Positions 55,529-63,355 of a DNA stretch of 63,355 nucleotides are shown here, one piece after another; positions within the stretch are counted from its first letter, which is position 1, and every line of letters starts with the position of its first letter. Under the pieces are notes generated by a model. The model was not told the origin of the DNA, made no database searches, and saw only the letters and a list, made by a program, of their open reading frames with translations. Source of the DNA: an uncultured virus (IMG/VR IMGVR_UViG_3300025674_009014). Its lineage: Duplodnaviria; Heunggongvirae; Uroviricota; Caudoviricetes. Both the position numbers and the translations under genes were made by a program. The stretch is taken from IMG/VR virus record IMGVR_UViG_3300025674_009014. The stretch is one strand, 5' to 3'.

Positions 55529-55590
55529 TTTTCTGATTTTGCAAGTGAATAAATAAAACAGTAATATTTTATTCACTTGCATTCAGGAAA
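55529..55590 (+). promoter_or_regulatory. Hairpin sequestering the portal RBS, with a late promoter (AATAAATA, 55548-55555) inside its 5' arm
   Basis: Perfect 14-bp stem 55540-55553/55568-55581, plus a basal stem TTTTCTGA/TCAGGAAA that covers the AGGA SD. Confidence 0.7.
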
Positions 55591-55593
55591 GAT

Positions 55594-57264
55594 ATGCTAT
55601 TTGATATATTTGGATTTACTATCGGAAAAAAAGAATCCAAGAAAAATGAAAAGATACAAAGTTTTGCTCAAGTTGAACATGAAGACGGTGCGGTTACCGT
55701 AGCATCTGGAGGTGCTTATGGAACGTATATTGATACTGAAGGTGCCATAAAGAGCGAATCAGAGTTAATAAATCGTTATAGAGATATGTCCTTACAGGCA
55801 GAAGTCGAAAATGCTATAGACGATATTGTTAATGAAGCGATTATATCAATAAAAGACAATCCTATAGTGGATATAAAATTAGATAATCTAAACCTATCCG
55901 AAAATATAAAAAATAAAATAAGAGCAGAATTCAAAGAGATATCTAAATTATTAGATTTTCAAAATTTAGGTTATGATTTATTCAGAAGATGGTATGTTGA
56001 TGGTAGAATTTATTATCATGTTGTTATTGATGAAAAAAATACTAAAAAAGGTATTCACGAATTAAGATTATTAGATCCTCGCAAGATAAAAAAAATCAGA
56101 GAAAATAAATCTCTAAAACTTCCAAATGGTGACACTCAAAAACAAATACAAGAATATTATGTCTATAATGAAAAAGGTATATATCAATCGCAAGGACAGA
56201 CAATAGGAACTGCATTTACAAATGCAGCATCTGGTTTAAAAATTTCTTTAGATTCTATTGTTTATTGTCATTCTGGATTATTAAATTCCACAAAATCATT
56301 AGTATTATCATACTTACATAAAGCTATAAAACCTCTCAATATGCTCAGAATGATTGAAGATTCTTTAGTCATTTATAGGATATCAAGGGCACCCGAAAGA
56401 AGAATTTTTTATGTAGATGTTGGAAATTTACCTAAAGTACGAGCAGAACAATATATGCGTGATTTGATGACAAGATATAAAAATAAACTTGTTTATGATG
56501 CGAATACTGGTGAAATACGTGATGATAGAAAACATATGTCAATGTTAGAAGATTACTGGATGCCTAGAATGGAGGGGGGTAGAGGTACCGAGGTAACAAC
56601 ATTGCCAGGAGGTCAAAATCTAGGTGATATAGAAGATGTTATATACTTTCAAAAGAAACTTTATAAATCATTAGGTGTTCCACTCTCTAGATTAGAATCA
56701 GAAGCATCTTATACCATTGGTAGAGCAACGGAAATTTCCAGAGACGAAGTTAAATTTACCAGATTTATTAATAGATTACAAAATAAATTTTCAATTTTAT
56801 TTGATGAATTATTGGAGAGACAATTAAGTCTTAAAGGTATTATGAGTAGAGATGATTTTAAAGAAATTAAAAATCAACTCTATTATCATTATGAAAGTGA
56901 TAGTCATTTCACAGAAATGAAAAGAAATGAATTATTACAAGACAGACTTAACTTATTAAGAGATTTATCAGAATACACTGGAAAATATTATTCTAATGAG
57001 TATGTGAGAAAAAATATTTTATTGATGAGTGATGATGACATCAAAACAAATGATGAACAAATTGCGAAAGAACTGGAAGATCCAAGATTTTCTGGAGAAG
57101 ATGATATGCAAATGAATAATTCTTACGAACAAGAATCTGAAAATGTTTTGAATGAAAATCTCATTGAGAAAATTATAGAAAGCAAATTTGAATCTAGTAA
57201 AAATGACGAAAAACTGAAAAACACTATAAATGATATTTTATCTACTATAAAGTTAGACGATTAA
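55594..57264 (+). CDS. 20: Portal protein gp20
   Basis: FRRWYVDGR, LSYLHKAIKP.NMLRMIEDSLVIYRISRAPERRIFYVDVGNLPK, EDYWMPR.EGGRGTE. Confidence 0.98.
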   Translation: MLFDIFGFTIGKKESKKNEKIQSFAQVEHEDGAVTVASGGAYGTYIDTEGAIKSESELINRYRDMSLQAEVENAIDDIVNEAIISIKDNPIVDIKLDNLNLSENIKNKIRAEFKEISKLLDFQNLGYDLFRRWYVDGRIYYHVVIDEKNTKKGIHELRLLDPRKIKKIRENKSLKLPNGDTQKQIQEYYVYNEKGIYQSQGQTIGTAFTNAASGLKISLDSIVYCHSGLLNSTKSLVLSYLHKAIKPLNMLRMIEDSLVIYRISRAPERRIFYVDVGNLPKVRAEQYMRDLMTRYKNKLVYDANTGEIRDDRKHMSMLEDYWMPRMEGGRGTEVTTLPGGQNLGDIEDVIYFQKKLYKSLGVPLSRLESEASYTIGRATEISRDEVKFTRFINRLQNKFSILFDELLERQLSLKGIMSRDDFKEIKNQLYYHYESDSHFTEMKRNELLQDRLNLLRDLSEYTGKYYSNEYVRKNILLMSDDDIKTNDEQIAKELEDPRFSGEDDMQMNNSYEQESENVLNENLIEKIIESKFESSKNDEKLKNTINDILSTIKLDD

Positions 57265-57268
57265 TTAA

Positions 57269-60200
57269 ATGTCAAATGATAATAATAAGCAATTAAAACT
57301 AAATGAAGTTTTAGCTGCATCTCTAGCATACACTCAAAAAGAATTTAAAAGAGCTAAGCAAGAGCTAATAAAAGATATAAAAGAAATTTTTGATCCTGAA
57401 ACTGGTGAGAAGATAAAAGTTCTTGAAATAGCAGGTGAGCAAGGTCCTAGAGGTGAAAAGGGTGAAAAAGGTTTAGATGGTTCTCCTGGTGAAAGAGGAG
57501 AAAAAGGTGAGAAAGGTGATCCAGGTAAAATAGGGCCACAAGGACTTCAAGGGCCACAAGGACCTCAGGGAGAAATTGGACCACAAGGTCCTCAGGGTGA
57601 TGTAGGTCCAAAAGGCGATGACGCACAAGTAGAACCATTAAAGCAAGAGTTAGAAAAATTAAAAACTGTTGTAAAAAATATTGGTTCACAAGCAGCATCT
57701 ACTGCGCAAAAAGTATCGACTGGTTGGGGAGATACTTATGGAGGAGGTGGCGGTAGTGATATTGTATCAATAGGTAAAAACTTAGAAGTCACATCTAACA
57801 CAGTACAACTATATTCAAATGTAGAATATACTCCAACAAAAACTACCTTAAAATTTAAATCAATAAAAACAGGTAGTGGTCTTTTTGCTGCACAGAATAA
57901 TTCTTCCATAATTATATCTTTTGATCCTGATTTATTGTCAATAAATGATGATAATAATTTAGTCGTCAATCAATCATTGATTATCGGACAGACTCAATCT
58001 TTAAAAATTGGTGAAGGTACACAAAATGCTGTATTAGGTTTTCACAGCACCTCTGGTAATGATTTTACTATTAGAGATAGTAATGGTGACAGAATATTTT
58101 CAGTTCTTGAGTTAAAAGAAGTCGATGAAAGTTTTCTGGGCTCTGAAGGAGATGTTTTAAGGGTTACGTCCAATAATACTTTAGAGTTTTCTCCTGCCTC
58201 GAAACCTATAGAGATTTCTGAAACGCAGGTTTCTGGAAATACAATCTCAAATTTAGAACACATATCCGTAAATTCTGATGATGGTTTTTATTTAGAAAAT
58301 GGTCAAAACAATTCTTCAGTTATTATTAGATCAAATATATTAGATCAGATAAGACCATTAACTTCAGGATCATCAGGATCAGCAGGAACTTCAGGATCAG
58401 CAGGAACTTCAGGAACTTCAGGATCATCAGGAACCTCAGGAGTAGATGGAAATTTTGGAGGCGCTTCTTTTGAATATGATTATGATGATTCTATCATCGG
58501 TGATCCTTCAACTGGAATTTTTAGATTCAATAGCACATCATCTGCATCTATAACTGAATTGATTATAAATCACTTGGATAATAATTCTAGTGATATAGAA
58601 TCATTTCTACACACTATAGCTGGATCGACAAGCACGATTAAGGGTCATGTTAGAATTTCTCTAAAAGGTGATAATTCTGCATACATGCTATTTACCATTA
58701 GTGATTCTGTCGATGGTGGTGCTGGTAATAATTTTGATATAGTATCAATCAATTATGTTACTTCTTCTAATGAAATTCCATTTAATGATGGCGATAGCTG
58801 TGTGGTTACATTTGCTAGAACGGGTGATGCAGGAACATCTGGTACTTCTGGTTCATCCGGTACAGCAGGATCTTCTGGTTCATCTGGTCGAGATGCAAGT
58901 GCAGGATCATCAGGATCATCAGGATCATCTGGTACATCAGGAACTTCAGGATCTGTAGGTAGTGCAGGTAGTGCTGGATCATCTGGAAGTTCAGGTAGTG
59001 CAGGATCATCTGGAAGTTCAGGTAGTGCAGGATCATCTGGAAGTTCAGGTAGTGCAGGTAGTGCCGGATCAGCAGGTAGTGCAGGATCTTCAGGTTCAGC
59101 AGGTAGTGCAGGTAGTGCCGGATCAGCAGGTAGTGCAGGATCTTCAGGCTCAGCAGGTAGTGCAGGTAGTGCCGGATCAGCAGGTAGTGCAGGTAGTGCA
59201 GGTAGTGCTGGATCATCTGGAAGTGCCGGATCATCAGGTTCTGCAGGTAGTTCTGGTTCATCTGGTAGTTCAGGAAGTGCTGGAACTTCTGGATCGTCTG
59301 GACTAACATATGCAAGTTCTGGTTCATCTGGTAGTTCAGGAAGTGCTGGAACTTCTGGATCATCGGGAACTTCTGGATCATCGGGAACTTCTGGATCATC
59401 CGGTAGCGCTGGAAGTGCAGGAAGTGCAGGTAGTGCTGGTTCATCTGGTAGTTCAGGAAGTGCTGGAACTTCTGGATCGTCTGGATTAACATATGCAAGT
59501 TCTGGTAGCGCAGGTTCGTCTGGAACATCTGGTAGTGCTGGAACTTCTGGTAGTTCTGGTAGTGCTGGAACTTCAGGTAGTTCTGGTAGTGCTGGATCAT
59601 CTGGAAGTTCTGGATCTGCAGGTAGTTCTGGAAGTGCAGGAAGTGCAGGTAGTGCTGGATCATCTGGAAGTTCTGGATCTGCAGGTAGTTCTGGAAGTTC
59701 TGGATCTGCTGGTTCTGCTGGATCTGCAGGTAGTTCTGGAAGTTCTGGATCTGCAGGTAGTTCTGGAAGTTCTGGATCTGCAGGTAGTTCTGGAAGTTCT
59801 GGATCTGCAGGTAGTTCTGGAAGTTCTGGATCTGCTGGTTCTGCTGGATCTGCAGGTAGTTCTGGAAGTTCTGGATCTGCTGGTTCTGCAGGTAGTTCTG
59901 GAAGTTCTGGATCTGCCGGTTCTGCTGGATCTGCAGGCAGTTCTGGTTCATCTGGTACTTCTGGCACATCTGGTTCTGCTGGTACTTCTGGGGTTGATGG
60001 AAATTTTGGTGGCGCAGGCTTTGAATTTGAATACGAGAACGTACAAAGTCCATTCAATACATCATTTCCTTATGGTTTATTTCGATTAAATAATGGAACT
60101 CAAAACTTATCAGATAAAATATACATTAAATTTTTTGATAATAATTATACAGATTTACAAAATTTTCTTAGAACAATAGATGATTCAACTAGCACCGTAA

Positions 60201-63200
60201 AAGGTCATTTAAAGATTTCTAAAAAAGGACAAGAAGAAGATTTTTTATTATTTGTAATAACTCAAAATTTAATAGAACATCCTCAAGAATCTTACTATGA
60301 ATTAAGTATTCAAATATTAGAAGAATCTTCAACAATTCCTTTTAACGATGAAGATATTTGTGTATTAACTTTTGCAAGAACTGGTGATAAAGGTGAAAAA
60401 GGAGATGATGGATCATCAGGATCTTCTGGTACATCTGGAACTGCAGGAACAGCAGGATCTGCAGGAACTTCAGGATCTTCTGGTCGAGATGCAAGTGCTG
60501 GTTCTTCTGGATCTGCAGGTACCGCAGGATCTTCTGGTAGTTCGGGTTCTGCTGGTTCTTCAGGAACTTCTGGTAGTTCAGGAAGTTCAGGAACTTCAGG
60601 ATCATCTGGTCGAGATGCAAGTGCGGGTTCCGCCGGTACATCAGGATCCTCTGGAAGTTCAGGTTCCGCCGGTACATCAGGATCCTCTGGAAGTTCAGGT
60701 TCTGCTGGCAGTGCTGGATCTTCTGGTAGTTCAGGTTCTGCTGGCACATCAGGATCCTCTGGAAGTTCTGGATCCTCTGGAAGTTCAGGTTCTGCTGGCA
60801 GTGCTGGATCTTCTGGTAGTTCAGGTTCTGCTGGCACATCAGGATCCTCTGGAAGTTCTGGATCCTCTGGAAGTGCTGGATCAGCAGGTAGTGCTGGAAG
60901 TGCTGGATCAGCAGGTAGTGCTGGAAGTGCAGGATCTTCTGGATCCTCAGGATTTGACGGTGATCGATATAGTACAATTTCTTATACAACAAATGTTGTA
61001 GATGTTGTTGGCTTTAAAACTTTTATACTTGAAGATATTGATAGACAATATGCTCCACGACAAGAAGTATTAATTTCATACGGAAATGATTATAGAACTT
61101 ATTTTCAAGGTGTAGTTGTCAGTTATAATGATAAAACAGGTGTATTAGTAATAGATCCTGAAGAAGCGGAGATGTCATCGTATCATCTTCAATTAAATGA
61201 TAGAAGAGATGAAATTCATCAAATAGCTTTAGAAAATGATGGATATTTGTTAAATGAACAAGACAATAGTAAACTTGAGACTGAAAATTTAATAAAAACA
61301 CTATCACTAGAAAATGATGAACAATTACTACTAGAAAACGGATCAGAAAAACTTATAATAGAAGAAAAAGAATATGATTTTTCTAGTGGAATGTATGTAG
61401 GAAATTTTGATAAATTAGTTTTAGAAAATGGTGACAAATTTCTTTTTGAAGAGGCTGAAGGTATTCATGATCTTCTGATTGAGGATGGTAGCAATTTTAT
61501 ATTAGAAAATACATTTTCGTTCTGGTATGTGAATCTAAGAGGCGCTCAGGGTATTCCAGGGTCATCAGGTTCATCAGGTAGCAGTGGCAGTGCAGGCAGT
61601 TCCGGAAGTTCTGGATCTTCTGGAAGTTCGGGAAGTTCAGGTTCATCAGGTAGCAGTGGCAGTGCAGGTAGTTCTGGTAGTGCAGGTAGTTCTGGTAGTG
61701 CAGGTAGTTCTGGCAGTGCAGGTAGTTCTGGAAGTTCAGGAAGTGCAGGATCTTCTGGTTCATCTGGTCGAGATGCAAGTGCAGGATCTTCAGGATCGTC
61801 AGGCACATCTGGAACTTCAGGTTCTACAGGAACTTCAGGTTCTACAGGAACTTCTGGATCATCAGGTAAAGATGGAACTTCTGGAAGAGATGCTAGTGCT
61901 GGTACTTCTGGTTCGGCAGGAACTTCAGGAGAAGCACCATACGCATATGTCTATAAAGTAACAGTTAATTTAGATGAAGGTGGTGAGAATGTTTTCACAT
62001 TTGATGAAGTTCCTTTAGATTCATTATTACTGTATAAAGGTTTTAAATATAAATTTGAACTGGATGATCCTTCAAATTTAAATTATGAATTATCTTTATC
62101 TAATTATTTTGAGGGTATTCATAATCCAGGATCTATTGGACAAGATGATATAGATGTTACATATGGTATCGAAAGAATTGGTACTCCAGGAACACCTGGT
62201 GCTTATATCGCATATCAAGTTCCTTTTTCATCGAATCCTATAATTTATTATTATAATAAGGTTTCTCCTGGAAATTCCAATGAAATAATAATTGAAAGAA
62301 TTTCTTCAGGCACATCGGGATCAGCAGGTTCATCAGGCAGTGCTGGATCAGCAGGTTCATCAGGCAGTGCTGGAAGTGCTGGATCTTCTGGTTCATCTGG
62401 AAGTTCTGGTAGTGCCGGATCAGCAGGTAGTGCCGGATCAGCAGGGTCTGCTGGTAGTGCTGGTAGTGCCGGATCAGCAGGTAGTGCAGGAAGTGCTGGT
62501 AGTGCTGGATCAGCAGGTAGTGCAGGAAGTGCTGGCAGTGCCGGATCAGCAGGTAGTGCAGGATCAGCAGGTAGTGCAGGATCAGCAGGTAGTGCGGGAA
62601 GTGCTGGTAGTGCAGGATCAGCAGGTAGTAGTGGTACATCTGGTGTAGATGGTGGTACATACGTACACAGTCAAACAACTCCTAGTAGATATTGGGTCAT
62701 AAATCATAATTTAAATACCAGTAGACCTGTAAATGTTATATTCACTGATTCTGATTATGTACAAATATTTCCGCAAACTGTAAGATTTACAACAAGAAAT
62801 TCTATTGAGATCATATGGCCAGTGGGGGTTAATCAAACTGGTTATGCAACTGTAACTTTTGGGGACAGTTCTTCAGGATCAGCAGGTAGTGCAGGTAGTT
62901 CTGGTTCTGCAGGTTCTTCTGGCTCTACAGGAACATCTGGATCTTCTGGTCGTGATGGTGGTGCATTTATTCATCGACAAGATATAGCATCCACAACTTG
63001 GATAGTTAATCACTATCTAGGCACTAGACCTTTAAGTTTTGCCATCACAGATTTAGATTTTAATGTAATTTTAACTGATAAAGTTTCTTATATCGATAAT
63101 AATACAGTTCAAATTACTTTTCCTAAACCCACAACAGGATATGTTGCCTTAACATTCGGAGATTCATCTTCAGGATCAGCAGGTAGCAGTGGTAGTGCAG

Positions 63201-63355
63201 GTAGTGCAGGATCAGCAGGTAGTGCAGGGTCTGCCGGTAGTGCTGGATCAGCAGGTAGTGCAGGGTCTGCCGGTAGTGCAGGGTCTGCCGGTAGTGCCGG
63301 ATCAGCAGGTAGTGCAGGTAGTGCAGGTAGTGCAGGATCAGCAGGTAGTGCAGGG
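57269..63355 (+). CDS. Giant collagen-like, Gly-Ser/Ala/Thr-rich fibre protein (>=2029 aa, 3' end beyond the window)
   Basis: ATG 4 nt after the portal stop; frame stays open to the window end. MSNDNNKQLK..., a classical GPQ/GEK collagen tract, then (GSA/GSS/GTS)n blocks alternating with globular domains. Confidence 0.9.
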   Translation, partial: MSNDNNKQLKLNEVLAASLAYTQKEFKRAKQELIKDIKEIFDPETGEKIKVLEIAGEQGPRGEKGEKGLDGSPGERGEKGEKGDPGKIGPQGLQGPQGPQGEIGPQGPQGDVGPKGDDAQVEPLKQELEKLKTVVKNIGSQAASTAQKVSTGWGDTYGGGGGSDIVSIGKNLEVTSNTVQLYSNVEYTPTKTTLKFKSIKTGSGLFAAQNNSSIIISFDPDLLSINDDNNLVVNQSLIIGQTQSLKIGEGTQNAVLGFHSTSGNDFTIRDSNGDRIFSVLELKEVDESFLGSEGDVLRVTSNNTLEFSPASKPIEISETQVSGNTISNLEHISVNSDDGFYLENGQNNSSVIIRSNILDQIRPLTSGSSGSAGTSGSAGTSGTSGSSGTSGVDGNFGGASFEYDYDDSIIGDPSTGIFRFNSTSSASITELIINHLDNNSSDIESFLHTIAGSTSTIKGHVRISLKGDNSAYMLFTISDSVDGGAGNNFDIVSINYVTSSNEIPFNDGDSCVVTFARTGDAGTSGTSGSSGTAGSSGSSGRDASAGSSGSSGSSGTSGTSGSVGSAGSAGSSGSSGSAGSSGSSGSAGSSGSSGSAGSAGSAGSAGSSGSAGSAGSAGSAGSAGSSGSAGSAGSAGSAGSAGSAGSAGSSGSAGSSGSAGSSGSSGSSGSAGTSGSSGLTYASSGSSGSSGSAGTSGSSGTSGSSGTSGSSGSAGSAGSAGSAGSSGSSGSAGTSGSSGLTYASSGSAGSSGTSGSAGTSGSSGSAGTSGSSGSAGSSGSSGSAGSSGSAGSAGSAGSSGSSGSAGSSGSSGSAGSAGSAGSSGSSGSAGSSGSSGSAGSSGSSGSAGSSGSSGSAGSAGSAGSSGSSGSAGSAGSSGSSGSAGSAGSAGSSGSSGTSGTSGSAGTSGVDGNFGGAGFEFEYENVQSPFNTSFPYGLFRLNNGTQNLSDKIYIKFFDNNYTDLQNFLRTIDDSTSTVKGHLKISKKGQEEDFLLFVITQNLIEHPQESYYELSIQILEESSTIPFNDEDICVLTFARTGDKGEKGDDGSSGSSGTSGTAGTAGSAGTSGSSGRDASAGSSGSAGTAGSSGSSGSAGSSGTSGSSGSSGTSGSSGRDASAGSAGTSGSSGSSGSAGTSGSSGSSGSAGSAGSSGSSGSAGTSGSSGSSGSSGSSGSAGSAGSSGSSGSAGTSGSSGSSGSSGSAGSAGSAGSAGSAGSAGSAGSSGSSGFDGDRYSTISYTTNVVDVVGFKTFILEDIDRQYAPRQEVLISYGNDYRTYFQGVVVSYNDKTGVLVIDPEEAEMSSYHLQLNDRRDEIHQIALENDGYLLNEQDNSKLETENLIKTLSLENDEQLLLENGSEKLIIEEKEYDFSSGMYVGNFDKLVLENGDKFLFEEAEGIHDLLIEDGSNFILENTFSFWYVNLRGAQGIPGSSGSSGSSGSAGSSGSSGSSGSSGSSGSSGSSGSAGSSGSAGSSGSAGSSGSAGSSGSSGSAGSSGSSGRDASAGSSGSSGTSGTSGSTGTSGSTGTSGSSGKDGTSGRDASAGTSGSAGTSGEAPYAYVYKVTVNLDEGGENVFTFDEVPLDSLLLYKGFKYKFELDDPSNLNYELSLSNYFEGIHNPGSIGQDDIDVTYGIERIGTPGTPGAYIAYQVPFSSNPIIYYYNKVSPGNSNEIIIERISSGTSGSAGSSGSAGSAGSSGSAGSAGSSGSSGSSGSAGSAGSAGSAGSAGSAGSAGSAGSAGSAGSAGSAGSAGSAGSAGSAGSAGSAGSAGSAGSAGSAGSAGSAGSSGTSGVDGGTYVHSQTTPSRYWVINHNLNTSRPVNVIFTDSDYVQIFPQTVRFTTRNSIEIIWPVGVNQTGYATVTFGDSSSGSAGSAGSSGSAGSSGSTGTSGSSGRDGGAFIHRQDIASTTWIVNHYLGTRPLSFAITDLDFNVILTDKVSYIDNNTVQITFPKPTTGYVALTFGDSSSGSAGSSGSAGSAGSAGSAGSAGSAGSAGSAGSAGSAGSAGSAGSAGSAGSAGSAGSAGSAG
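57434..57620 (+). repeat. Classical collagen Gly-X-Y tract (GEQ GPR GEK ... GPQ GPQ GDV GPK)
   Basis: About 20 consecutive triplets in the frame of ORF 57269. Confidence 0.9.
58361..63355 (+). repeat. Low-complexity 9-nt-period repeats encoding GSA/GSS/GTS triplets, in seven blocks
   Basis: Approximate blocks: 58361-58440, 58829-59994, 60409-60955, 61549-61930, 62306-62645, 62870-62950, 63170-end. Confidence 0.93.

Noticed and set aside
55502..55532. Possible intrinsic terminator after gene 19 (GGAT...ATCC followed by a T-rich run)
   Set aside because: The stem is only about 4 bp; too weak to call.
57447..62678. Pro/Glu/Leu-rich, Gln-rich and Val/Leu/Gln-rich ORFs in the track (e.g. 58753-60057, 58815-60053, 59493-60089, 60342-60992)
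   Set aside because: Shadow frames of the GSA/GSS repeats. The real frame is the continuous ORF from 57269, which also contains the globular domains.
58361..63355. Repeat arrays as a possible CRISPR array or diversity-generating retroelement repeats
   Set aside because: The period is 9 nt with synonymous variation, there are no unique spacers or A-specific mismatches, and no cas or reverse transcriptase gene is present.

Overview
AT-rich segment of a large T4-like myovirus genome, read in the standard genetic code. I saw no tRNA, rRNA or CRISPR array. Left end: a triple-domain glycosyltransferase (GT2 + GT4 + Aah/TibC-type protein O-heptosyltransferase), a ClpP-like protease and the gp33-gp59-gp32 cluster. 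Then a minus-strand block: tape measure, gp51-like, gp26, gp54-like, gp2, gp4. The rest is the plus-strand virion module: two gp48 paralogues, gp53, gp27, gp5, large accessory proteins, gp25, gp6, gp7, gp8, VrlC-like, fibre, gp13, gp14, gp15, gp16, gp17, gp18, gp19, gp20. It ends in a >2000-aa Gly-Ser/Ala/Thr collagen-like fibre ORF that the ORF track misses because it runs off the window. Top leads: (1) a candidate -1 frameshift joining gp26 to gp51 just before the tape-measure gene, where the sequence 6 nt after the slippery site pairs perfectly over 13 nt with the gp26 ribosome-binding region about 740 nt upstream; (2) a candidate virion O-glycosylation system (heptosyltransferase fusion plus Ser-rich Gly-X-Y fibre); (3) leaderless late mRNAs and an RBS-sequestering hairpin at the portal gene. 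All family calls come from motif recognition and gene order, not database searches.
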